From Anaeramoeba ignava BMAN (lineage: Eukaryota > Protista > Anaeramoebae): DNA of 64,000 bases. This document shows, piece by piece, positions 26,164 to 38,760 of this stretch (the first letter of the stretch is position 1; every line of letters starts with the position of its first letter). The notes beneath the pieces are model-generated. The model was not told where the DNA came from and did not search any database. It saw nothing but the letters and a program-made list of their open reading frames with translations. Where the stretch lies: assembly GCA_028826165.1 (NCBI GenBank), contig JAPDFW010000026.1:1-64000 (forward strand), given 5' to 3'. Both the position numbers and the translations under genes were made by a program.

Positions 26164-29100
26164 TTATTTGAAATTAAATTTGAAACTGAAAAAGTTTTGG
26201 TATTTCAAAATCAAAACGGAAGCGATCGCAGCAGGAACACCATAATATAAAAGTTTTGAAAGATCTTTCTTGTCTTGTTCTTGTTCTTTTTCTTCGATTT
26301 GAGAAGGAAAATCGATTCTGTCTTGTTGAAGTAAATTTTCCCATTTTTTGATTTCTTCATTCAATGAACCGAAGCTTGATTTTTGTGTTACAATTTCTGT
26401 AGCTATTTTCTTTGATTCCTCTTCAATAGATTTTTGGTAAACACCGACATCACCAAGCCAAATATGGTCTTTATGGTAGTTTTTCAAGCTATCTTGAATT
26501 TTTTGATTTTCTTTTGTGATTAATTCATATTCGTTTTCGATTGATTTGTATTTTTCTTGTTTTCTAACCAATTTCATCTGTAATTGTTGCAAAGTTTTTT
26601 TTGTTTCTGCAATTTGCTGGTCTATTACCTTTGCATTTGGATCGAGGTTTTGGTTTTGATTTTGATCTCTGGTTTTGGAACGCAGATCTTTAATCAATTG
26701 GGTCAATTCCTTTGTTCTTTCAATTGCGGAATTTTTTTGGGTTTCAAAAGTTTGCATCATTTTATCGTGATTTAAACGGTAGTTTGTTGCTGATTGTTTG
26801 GATTTCTCGAGTTTTTTTTGGAGTCTTTTCACTTCTTTTGATTCGGTTTCTTTTTTTTGTTTTATTGTGTCGATTTGTTGTTGGAGGTATTTTGCGCGTT
26901 TAATTTTAGTTGCTGAGACACTTTTTGTAAGGAGTTGCATTTTTTCTTTTTTAGGTGTTTTTGGTTCTCTTATTGTTTCCTTTATTTTATAAATAATTTT
27001 ATAAATTAATAAATAATTTTATAAATAATTTAATAAATAATTTAATAAATAAATTAATAAATAAATAAATCAATAATTTAATAAATAAATCAATAATTTA
27101 ATAAATAAATTAATAAATAAATTAATAAATAAATTAATAAATAAATTAATAAATAAATTAATAAATAATTTTATAAATAATTTAATAAATAATTTAATAA
27201 ATAATTTTATAAATAAATTAATAAATAAATTAATAAATAAATTAATAAATAATTTTATAAATAATTTAATAAATAAATTAATAAATAAATTAATAAATAA
27301 ATTAATAAATAATTTAATAAATAATTTAATAAATAATTTAATAAATAATTTAATAAATAATTTAATAAATAAATTAATAAATAAATTAATAAATAAATTT
27401 AATAAATAAATTAATAAATAAATTAATAAATAAATTAATAAATAAATTAATAAATAATTTAATAAATAATTTAATAAATAAATTAATAAATAAATTAATA
27501 AATAAATTAATAAATAATTTAATAAATAATTTAATAAATAAATTAATAAATAAATTAATAAATAATTTAATAAATAATTTAATAATTAATTTAATAAATA
27601 ATTTAATAAATAATTTAATAAATAATTTAATAAATAATTTAATAAATAAATTAATAAATAATTTTATAAATAAATTAATAAATAATTTTATAAATAAATT
27701 AATAAATAATTTAATAAATAAATTAATAAATAAATTAATAAATAATTTTATAAATAATTTAATAAATAATTTAATAAATAATTTTTATAAATAATTTAAT
27801 AAATAATTTAATAAATAATTTTATAAATAATTTTATAAATAATTTTATAAATAATTTTATATATAAATTAATAAATAAATTAATAAATAATTTAATAAAT
27901 AATTTTATAAATAATTTTTATATATAAATTAATAAATAAATTAATAAATAAATTAATAAATAATTTAATAAATAAATTAATAAATAATTTAATAAATAAT
28001 TTAATAAATAAATTAATAAATAATTTAATAAATAATTTAATAAATAAATTTATAAATAATTTAATAAATAAATTAATAAATAATTTAATAAATAAATTAA
28101 TAAATAAATTAATAATAAATAAATTTAATAAATAAATTAATAAATAAATAAATTAATTAATAAATAAATTAATAAATAATTTAATAAATAAATTAATAAA
28201 TAAATTTAATAAATAATTTTATAAATAATTTAATAAATAATTTAATAAATAATTTAATAAATAAATTAATAAATAAATTAATAAATAAATAAATTAATAA
28301 ATAAATTAATAAATAAATAAATTAATAAATTAATAAATAATTTAATAAATAAATTAATAAATAAATTAATAAATAAATAAATTAATAAATAATTTTATAA
28401 ATAAATTAATAAATAAATTAATAAATAAATAAATTAATAAATAAATAAATTAATAAATTAATAAATAATTTAATAAATAAATTAATAAATAAATTAATAA
28501 ATAAATAAATTAATAAATTAATAAATAATTTAATAAATAAATTAATAAATAAATTAATAAATAAATAAATTAATAAATAAATTAATAAATAAATTAATAA
28601 ATAAATAATTTAATAAATAAATTAATAAATAAATTAATAAATAAATAAATTAATAAATAAAATAATTAATAAATAAATTAATAAATAAATTAATAAATAA
28701 TTTAATAAATAAATTAATAAATAAATTAATAAATAATTTAATAAATAAATATATAAATAAATTAATAAATAAATTAATAAATAAATCAATAATTTAATAA
28801 ATTAATAAATAAATTAATAAATAAATTAATAAATAATTTAATAAATAAATTAATAAATAAATTAATAAATAATTTTATAAATAAATTAATAAATAATTTA
28901 ATAAATAAATTAATAAATAAATTAATAAATAAATTAATAAATTTATAAATAATTTAATAAATAAATTAATAAATAATTTAATAAATAATTTAATAAATAA
29001 TTTTATAAATAATTTTATAAATAATTTAATAAATAATTTTATAAATAATTTAATAAATAATTTAATAAATAATTTAATAAATAATTTAATAAATAATTTA

Positions 29101-30995
29101 ATAAATAATTTAATAAATAATTTAATAAATAAATTAATAAATAAATTAATAAATAAATTAATAAATAAATTAATAAATAAATTAATAAATAAATTAATAA
29201 ATAAATTAATAAATAAATTAATAAATAAATTAATAAATAATTTAATAAATAATTTAATAAATAATTTAATAAATAATTTAATAAATAATTTAATAAATAA
29301 TTTTATAAATAAATTAATAAATAATTTAATAAATAATTTAATAAATAAATTAATAAATAAATTAATAAATAAATTAATAAATAAAATTAATAAATAAATT
29401 AATAAATAAATTAATAAATAAATTAATAAATAAATTAATAAATAAATTAATAAATAAATTAATAAATAAATTAATAAATAAATTAATAAATAAATTAATA
29501 AATAAATTAATAAATAAATTAATAAATAAATTAATAAATAAATTAATAAATAAATTAATAAATAATTTAATAAATAATTTAATAAATAATTTAATAAATA
29601 ATTTAATAAATAATTTAATAAATAATTTAATAAATAAATTAATAAATAATTTAATAAATAATTTAATAAATAATTTAATAAATAATTTAATAAATAATTT
29701 AATAAATAATTTAATAAATAAATCAATAAATAATTTAATAAATAAATAAATAAATAATTTAATAAATAAATTAATAATTAATTTAATAAATAATTTAATA
29801 AATAAATTAATAAATAATTTAATAAATAAATTAATAAATAAATTAATTAATAATTTAATAAATAAATTAATAAATAAATTAATAAATAATTTAATAAATA
29901 AATTAATAAATAATTTTATAAATAAATTAATAAATAAATTAATAAATAATTTTATAAATAAATTAATAAATAATTTTATAAATAAATTTAATAAATAAAT
30001 TAATAAATAATTTTATAAATAATTTAATAAATAAATTAATAAATAATTTAATAAATAAATTTAATAAATAATTTAATAAATAATTTAATAAATAAATTAA
30101 TAAATAATTTAATAAATAAATTAATAAATAATTTAATAAATAAATTAATAAATAATTTTATAAATAATTTTATAAATAAATTAATAAATAATTTAATAAA
30201 TAATTTAATAAATAATTAAATAAATAAATTAATAAATAAATTAATAAATAATTTAATAAATAAATTAATAAATAAATTAATAAATAAATTAATAAATAAA
30301 TTAATAAAATAAATTAATAAATAATTTAATAAATAATTTAATAAATAAATTAATAAATAAATTAATAAATAATTTTATAAATAAATTAATAAATAATTTT
30401 ATAAATAAATTAATAAATAATTTAATAAATAATTTAATAAATAATTTAATAAATAATTTAATAAATAAATTAATAAATAAATTAATAAATAATTTAATAA
30501 ATAATTTTATAAATAATTTTATAAATAAATTAATAAATAATTTAATAAATAAATTAATAAATAATTTAATAAATAAATAAATAAATAATTTAATAAATAA
30601 ATTAATAAATAATTTATTCCCCTTTTTATTTAAGTTTTTGTTTTTTTGTTTTTGTTTTTGCTTTATTTTGTTTTTGTTTATTTGTGTAAATTTACCTGTT
30701 TTAAATTGATAATACTCTTTGAAATCTCGTTAATTTGTTTATTATCTTCTGTTAAAAACTCTTTTTTCGTATTTAATGTGGAAATTAAATTTTGGTTTCT
30801 TTCCATTAAATTTTTCATTTGTTCGTTTCTAAAATCAATTTCTGTTTCAATAAATTGAATTTCAGAATCAACATTTAAGCGTTTTGTTTGGTGTTTCTTC
30901 TTAATTGAAAGAAAAAGACAATTCTGTTTAAGAATTAAATTATCAAGTTGAGAAATTTGATTTTGAAGATTTTGTGTTTGTAATTGATTTGTCAT
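26164..30995 (-). CDS. Two-exon coiled-coil protein with C-terminal transmembrane anchor (~371 aa, golgin-like architecture)
   Basis: Exon 30995-30696 (CAG|GTAAAT) joins exon 26979-26164 in phase 0 across a 3716-nt microsatellite intron. The tail is LLYYGVPAAIASVLIL. Confidence 0.75.
26990..30612. repeat. Intronic 12-bp microsatellite (AATAAATAA(A/T)TT)n, ~3.6 kb
   Basis: Directly visible; occupies intron 26980-30695. Confidence 0.95.
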
Positions 30996-31246
30996 TATTT
31001 AAAATAAATTTGTTTTTTGTTTTTGTTTTTTGTTTTTAAAAAGAAAGAATGAAAGAAAAATGAAAAAAAAAATAATAAAAAAATTTTTTTTTGCTTTTTT
31101 TTTTGTTTTTATTTTTTATTTATTGTTTTGTTGTTTTGGAAAGTTAAAAAAAAGAAAAGAAAAGAAGAGAAGAAAAGAGAAGAGAAGAAGAAAGAAAAGA
31201 GAAAAGAAAAGAAAAGAAATTGGTTTTTTTTTCTCTTTTTGAAAAA

Positions 31247-34146
31247 TTACCATTTATCAACTTTCATTGTTCCATTTTTCTCTAAATATTCTTGCATTTT
31301 AAAGACTTTAGAAAGAATCTGAGGTTCATGCGCAGCTTTTTGTTTCAAACAGTGTTGATAAGCAGTATTGAAGTAATCAGTCAAAATAGGTTTATAATCC
31401 GGATGGGCGCATTTATTGATGATTTCCATAGCTCTTTGTCTTGGAGCGAGACCTCTAAGATCAGCGAGACCTTGTTCAGTAACAATAACGTCCAAATCAT
31501 GTTCAGTATGGTCAATATGGGGAGCTTTAGGGACAATGCAAGTGATACCAGTTGGGTCTGTTTTAGTGGGTCTAACTGACGGACAATGCATCATTGAGAT
31601 GTAGCAATTTCTCAAGAAATCATTTGATCCGCCCAAACCGTTGATCATTCTTGTTCCGCCAATAAGCGTTGAATTGGCATGTCCATAGATGTCAACTTCG
31701 ACAGGTGTATTCATGCCAATCACTCCCATTCTTCTTATCATTTCTGCGTTGTTTGTGATCTGTTGTGGTCGCAAACAGATCTTTTGTTTGTATTCTTCCC
31801 AGTTCTTATAAAGTCGTTCAAATCCTTCCGTTGATAATGTCAATGCAGTTGCGGTTGCAAAGTCCAATTTTCCAGTATCGAAGAAGTCCAGCATTGTGTC
31901 TTGCAAAACTTCTGTCCAAACCTTAACGTTTCTGAATTGTCCTTTTGCCAATCCTGCTACAACTGCGTTCGCAATGTTTCCTACTCCGGATTGTAATGGT
32001 AATAAATCGGGTGGTGCTCTTCCCGCGTGAACTTCGTTTTCTAGAAAGTCAAGTATGTTTTGTGCTATTTTTTCTGAGACTTCATCTGGTGGTGATAATG
32101 GTCTTCCGTTATCTGGTTTGGTTGATTCAACTATTGCTACTATTTTTTCTGTGTCTACTGGAACGTATAATTTTCCAATTCGATCGTCTACTCTAGAAAT
32201 TAAATATGGTCTTCTGTTTGGTGGAACTTCATCAGGTGGAATATCATGAAGTCCAAGATATGAAGGCATAGAAGTATTGAGTTCTAAAATGAGTTTCTAT
32301 TAAAATTTTTATAAAAATTAATTTTTATAAATGAATTTTATAAATGAATTTTAATTTTATAAATGAATTTTAATTTTATAAATGAATTTTAATTTTAATT
32401 TTATTTTTATTTTTATAAATGAATTTTATTTTTATTTTTATAAATGAATTTTATTTTAATTTTAATATTATAAATGAATTTTAATTTTAATTTTATAAAT
32501 GAATTTTAATTTATTATTCTTCTTACTTCAGAAATATCGCAAACTTCAGGAACTGCTCCAACTGATCCAGCTAAAACTAATCCTCCATCAGGAAGAATTT
32601 CTGTAACTTCAATTATTCCTAAATCAAGTTTTCCTTTTCTTTCCTTTGTGAAAAATCCAAATTTTAAATTTGAAGCATAATTGCATAAATGAATATCTCC
32701 CATTTGAATTTTGCCTGTATTAATTCCATTTGCAATATTCTTTCCTGTTTGATATGGCCATCTTCTGTTGATCATACCAAGTTTTGCCCATCTATCTTCT
32801 GTTTCAGCTCCTACTGATGCTCCAATATACAAATCAAATTTCATCTTCAAAAAAAAAAAAGAAAAAAAGATTAAATTTTTTATTTTGATTAATTTTGATT
32901 AATTTTTTTATTTACTTTTTTTCCAGTTTTTTCAACATAATCTGCAACAGTAACTGGAACTACTTTTGGATAACCAACTGGTGTAAATCTTTTTATATAA
33001 ATAAAATTATAAAAATAATAAATTAATTTATAAATTAAATTATAAATAAAAATATAAATAAAATTATAAATAAAATTATAAATAAAATTATAAATAAAAT
33101 TATAAATAAAATTATAAATAAAATTATAAATAAAATATTAAATAAAATTATAAATAAAATTATAAATAAAATTATAAATAAAATTATAAATAAAATTATA
33201 AATAAAATTATAAATAAAAATATAAATAAAATTATAAATAAAAATATAAATAAAAATATAAAAAAAAATATAAATAAAATTATAAATAAATAAAATTATA
33301 AATAAAATATAAATAAAATTATAAATAAAATTATAAATAAAATTATAAATAAAATAATAAATAAAATTATAAATTAAATTATAAATTAAATTATAAATTA
33401 AATTATAAATAAAATTATAAATAAAATTATAAAATAAAATTATAAATTAAATTATAAATAAAATTATAAATTAAATTATAAATAAAATTATATAAAAATA
33501 AAATTATAAATAAATTAAAATTATAAATAAATTATAAATAAAATTATAAATAAAATTATAAATAAAATTATAAATAAAATTATAAATAAAATTATAAATA
33601 AAATTATAAATAAAATTATAAATAAAATTATAAATTAAATTATAAATAAAATTATAAATAAAATTATAAATAAAATTATAAATAAAATTATAAATAAAAT
33701 TATAAATAAAATTATAAATAAAATTATAAATAAATTATAAATAAAATTATAAATAAAATTATAAATAAAATTATAAATAAAATTATAAATAAAATTAAAT
33801 TATTGTAAAATTATAAATAAAATTATAAATTAAATTATAAATAAAATTATTGTAAAATTATTGTAAAATTTAATTCCAAAAATGAGAATTTTGCTAAAAA
33901 GATTTAAAAAATAAAATAATTAAAAATAAAATAATTAAAAAAATAATTAAAAAATAAAGAATAAAAGGGGGAATAAATTAACAAAGAGAAAATAAAAAAA
34001 TAAACTCACCCAGACCAGCCAAGTGCTTGTCCATCTTCAAAAAATTTAATAGTATCTTCTGGTTTGCAAACTTTTGAAAGCAAACTCTTCTTCCCAATTC
34101 TTGATGCAATTGAAACAGAAAACTTTCTAGTGATCATAAAACTCAT
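31247..34146 (-). CDS. ACH1: Acetate:succinate CoA-transferase (ASCT, ACH1-like family I CoA-transferase), ~525 aa, with short organellar presequence
   Basis: Exons 34146-34010, 32988-32916, 32844-32527 and 32296-31247 total 1578 nt in frame. Motifs are [30 protein letters not shown] (catalytic Glu), NGLGGSNDF and [11 protein letters not shown]. The N-terminus is [10 protein letters not shown]. Confidence 0.93.
33000..33860. repeat. Intronic 12-bp microsatellite (ATAAATAAAATT)n
   Basis: Fills most of ASCT intron 1 (32989-34009). Confidence 0.9.
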
Positions 34147-34382
34147 TTCAAGATCAATAACTAATAAACCAATTAATTAACTAATGGTTTAAAAAAAAAT
34201 GAATATCAAATATGAATCATCAAAAAAAATTTTTTTTTTTTATTTTTTTTTTTTTTTTTTTTTATTTAAAAGGAGAAAAACAATTATTTTTTCTTCTTTT
34301 TATTTTTTTTTTCATTTTTTTTTTCTTCTTTTCATTTTTTTTTTCTCCTTTTAATTTAAATAATAAATAAATCAATAATAAA

Positions 34383-37300
34383 ATGTTTTATACAAGACAT
34401 ACAACTCGAAATCAATTTACTTTTTCTCAAATTGAACAACTTATAACTAAAAAATCTAAAATGGATTATTCAAATAAAAAAATTATTCCAAATCAAGGTT
34501 CTGAATCAGGAGATCCATTTCAAGACCTTCCTGATGAACGTAAATAAGCTTTACCACTTAAATTTATAATTATATTTATAATTAAATTTATAATTAAATT
34601 TATAATTAAATTTATAATTAAATTTATAATTAAATTTATAATTAAATTTATAATTAAATTTATAATTAAATTTATAATTAAATTTATAATTAAATTTATA
34701 ATTAAATTTATAATTAAATTTATAATTAAATTTATAATTAAATTTATAATTAAATTTATAATTATATTTATAATTAAATTTATAACTAAATTTATAATTA
34801 AATTTATAATTAAATTTATAATTAAATTTATAATTAAATTTGTAATAAATTTATAATTAAATTTATAATTAAATTTATAATTAAATTTATAATTAAATTT
34901 ATAATTAAATTTATAATTAAATTTATAATTAAATTTATAATTAAATTTATAATTAAATTTATAATTAAATTTATAATTAAATTTATAATTAAATTTATAA
35001 TTAAATTTATAATTAAATTTATAATTAAATTTATAATTAAATTTATAATTAAATTTATAATTATAAATTTATAATTAAATTTATAATTATATTTATAATT
35101 AAATTTATAATTAAATTTATAATTAAATTTATAATTAAATTTATAATTAAATTTATAATTAAATTTATAATTAAATTAATAATTAAATTAATAATTAAAT
35201 TTATAATTAAATTTATAATTAAATTTATAATTAAATTTATAATTAAATTTATAATTAAATTTATAATTAAAATTTATAATTAAATTTATAATTAAATTTA
35301 ATAATTAAATTTATAATTAAATTTATAATTAAATTTATAATTAAATTTATAATTAAATTAATAATTAAATTTATAATTAAATTTATAATTAAATTTATAA
35401 ATATATTTATAATTATATTTATAATTAAATTTATAATTAAATTTATATAATTTTATTTATAATTAAATTTATAATTAAATTTATAATTATATTTATAATT
35501 AAATTTATAATTATATTTATAATTAAATTTATAATTAAATTTATAATTATATTTATAATTAAATTTATAATTAAATTTATAATTTTATTTATAATTAAAT
35601 TTATAATTAAATTTATAATTTTATTTATAATTTTATTTATAATTAAATTTATAATTAAATTTATAATTATATTTATAATTAAATTTAAAATTAAATTTAT
35701 AATTATATTTATAATTAAATTAATAATTAAATTAATAATTAAATTTATAATTAAATTTATAATTATTTTCTCTTTGTTCTTTTTGTAATTGTTATTTAGT
35801 TATGCTTGAGATATTTTCTTATTTAGAAAAACCTTTTGAACTTGGAATTTGTTGTCCAGTTAATAATCAATTTGCTAGAATATCTAATGATTATATGTTA
35901 TGGAAAGAAATATTTAGAAAATATTCAGGATTATTTGATTATAACACTATTAGGCTAGTAGATTCAACTTATTTTGAAATTATGGGTAGATTTAAAAATA
36001 GATTTAAAAATAGATTTAAAAATAGATTTAAAAAATAGTTTAAAAATAGATTTAAAAATAGATTTAAAAAATAGTTTAAAAATAGATTTAAAAATAGATT
36101 TAAAAATATATTTAAAAATAAATTTAAAAATAAATTTATAATTAAATTTAAAAATAGATTTAAAAATAAATTTAAAAATAGATTTAAAAAATATATTTAA
36201 AAATAAATTTAAAAATAAATTTAAAAATAGATTTAAAAATAGATTTAAAAATAGATTTAAAAATAGATTTAAAAATAAATTTAAAAATAGATTTAGAAAT
36301 AGATTTAAAAATAAATTTAAAATAAATTTAAAAATAGATTTAAAAATAGATTTAAAAATAAATTTAAAAATAAATTTAAAAATAAATTTAAAAATAAATT
36401 TAAAAATAAAATTTAAAAATAGATTTAAAAATAAATTTAAAAATAAATTTATAATTATATTTAAAAATATATTTAAAAATAGATTTAAAAATAAATTTAA
36501 AAATAAATTTAAAAATAAATTTAAAAATAAATTTAAAAATAGATTTAAAAATAGATTTAAAAATAGATTTAAAAATAGATTTAAAAATAGATTTAAAAAT
36601 AAGATTTAAAAATAAATTTAAAAATAAATTTAAAAATAAATTTAAAAATAGATTTAAAAATAGATTTAAAAATAAATTTAAAAATAAATTTAAAAATAAA
36701 TTTAAAAATAAATTTAAAAATTTAAAATATATTTAAAAATATATTTAAAAATATATTTAAAAATATATTTAAAAATATATTTAAAAATATATTTAAAAAT
36801 ATATTTAAAAATAGATTTAAAAATAAATTTAAAAATAGATTTAAAAATAGATTTAAAAATAAATTTTAAATTAGATTTAAAAATAGATTTAAAAATAAAT
36901 TTAAAAATAGATTTAAAAATAAATTTAAAAATATATTTAAAAATAAATTTAAAAATAAATTTAAAAATAGATTTAAAAATAGATTTAAAAATAGATTTAA
37001 AAATAGATTTAAAAATAAATTTAAAAATAAATTTATAATTATATTTAAAAATATATTTAAAAATAAGATTTAAAAATAAATTTAAAAATATATTTAAAAA
37101 TAGATTTAGAAATAGATTTAAAAATAGATTTAAAAATAAATTTAAAAATAGATTTAAAAATATATTTAAAAATAAATTTAAAAATAGATTTAAAAATATA
37201 TTTAAAAATAAATTTAAAAATAGATTTAAAAATAAATTTAAAAATATATTTAAAAATAAATTTAAAATAAATTTAAAAATAGATTTAAAAATAGATTTAA

Positions 37301-38635
37301 AAATAGATTTAAAAATAGATTTAAAAATAGATTTAAAAATAAATTTAAAAATAAATTTAAAAATATATTTAAAAATAAATTTAAAAATTTAAAAATAAAT
37401 TTAAAAATAAATTTAAAAATATATTTAAAAATAAATTTAAAAATATATTTAAAAATAAATTTAAAAATATATTTAAAAATAGATTTAGAAATAGATTTAA
37501 AAATAGATTTAAAAATAAATTTAAAAATATATTTAAAAATAGATTTAAAAATAAATTTATAATTAAATTTAAAAATAGATTTAAAAATAGATTTAAAAAT
37601 TTATTTAAAAATAAATTTAAAAATAAATTTAAAAATTTAGAACCGTTGGGAATTGAAGAATATTTCAATCAAAACTCAGAACAAAATCAATCTCTTCAAC
37701 TCCAAATCGAACAACAACCCAAAAAATTATTTAACGAACAAATAAAAAAATTCCTGAATTTAAAAAAACAACAAAAAAAAAGACAAAAAGCAAAAGAAAG
37801 ACAAAAAAAATTGCATAAAACGAAACTATTTCTAACAAGTCCAGGATATGTAACAACAATATTTTGCCTGATATTAATATCAGTAATGTTTGCTTGTTCA
37901 AAATTTGAATCATATTTCAACAAGTCATATATTTTTATTGTTTTGCCTGCATTGATTAGCCTTGCATTTCTTTTAATATTGACAGGATGGTTTGTTGTTT
38001 TCCCGTCAACTTCAATAGTTGAAAAAATATATTCAATAACATGCTTTGCTCTTTTTTTTGACTTCTTTGCTTCGCTTTTGTTACTGGGTTTAACTGCTGA
38101 CCACTATTCTGATCTCCAAAATCATTCTTGGATCTTTTTTGTTTGTTTTGCTTTGCTTTTTTCCCATTTTGTTTTGTGGATCTTTTTGGTGATTTATAAC
38201 AAGCATGAAATCAAGATTGTTGCTTATAATCAAAATCTTTTCCATCAAATCCATGAATTTTGGGGATTTTTTTCATTTCCGTTTTTTTTATCAATTGTTT
38301 TTTTATTAGTAGCTTTTCAAAAAGCAAAAGTTGCCATGATTTTTTTAATATGTTCAAATATTATTCCTTGGATTTTATTTTGCATTTTCCGTTCTCAAGA
38401 TACTTTTCTTTTTCGCGATCTTCGAAAACTTGAGATTCCTCATTTAGTCATTTCTTTGCTTGCTTTTGCAACTGAATTGATGATGTATTTTAGATTGTTT
38501 CGAAATGTATCGATAAATTGGATTTTGATTTCTCTTCCAATTACAATTCCTTTATTTTTCTTTTGTATTCTTTTATGTTTCTGCATTTACAAAGAATGTT
38601 TGAATCACATGCGTTCAGCATTTTATGATTATTGA
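34383..38635 (+). CDS. F-box protein with C-terminal multi-pass membrane domain (~445 aa)
   Basis: Exons 34383-34539, 35800-35985 and 37641-38635 splice in frame. Splicing creates the F-box FQDLPDELMLEIFSYL..ELGICCPVNNQFARISNDYMLWKEIF. About 8 hydrophobic segments follow. Confidence 0.8.
34560..35765. repeat. Intronic 12-bp microsatellite (AAATTTATAATT)n
   Basis: Fills intron 34540-35799. Confidence 0.95.
35987..37636. repeat. Intronic 12-bp microsatellite (TA(G/A/T)ATTTAAAAA)n
   Basis: Fills intron 35986-37640 and starts within the donor site (GTAGATTTAAAAA). Confidence 0.95.
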
Positions 38636-38760
38636 ATAATATTTAATTTAATTTAATTTATTTTTAATTTATTAATTTGAAATAAAAAACGAAAAAAAAT
38701 TTTTGTTTTTTTGTTTTTTGTTTTTTTCATTTTTTTCATTTTTCTTTTTTAATTAAGTAA

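Noticed and set aside
28875-29726. 283-aa LLNY/LFIK ORF (likewise 22742-23107 and 37381-37668)
   Set aside because: Artefacts of 12-bp intronic microsatellites; the flanking exons splice in frame across them.
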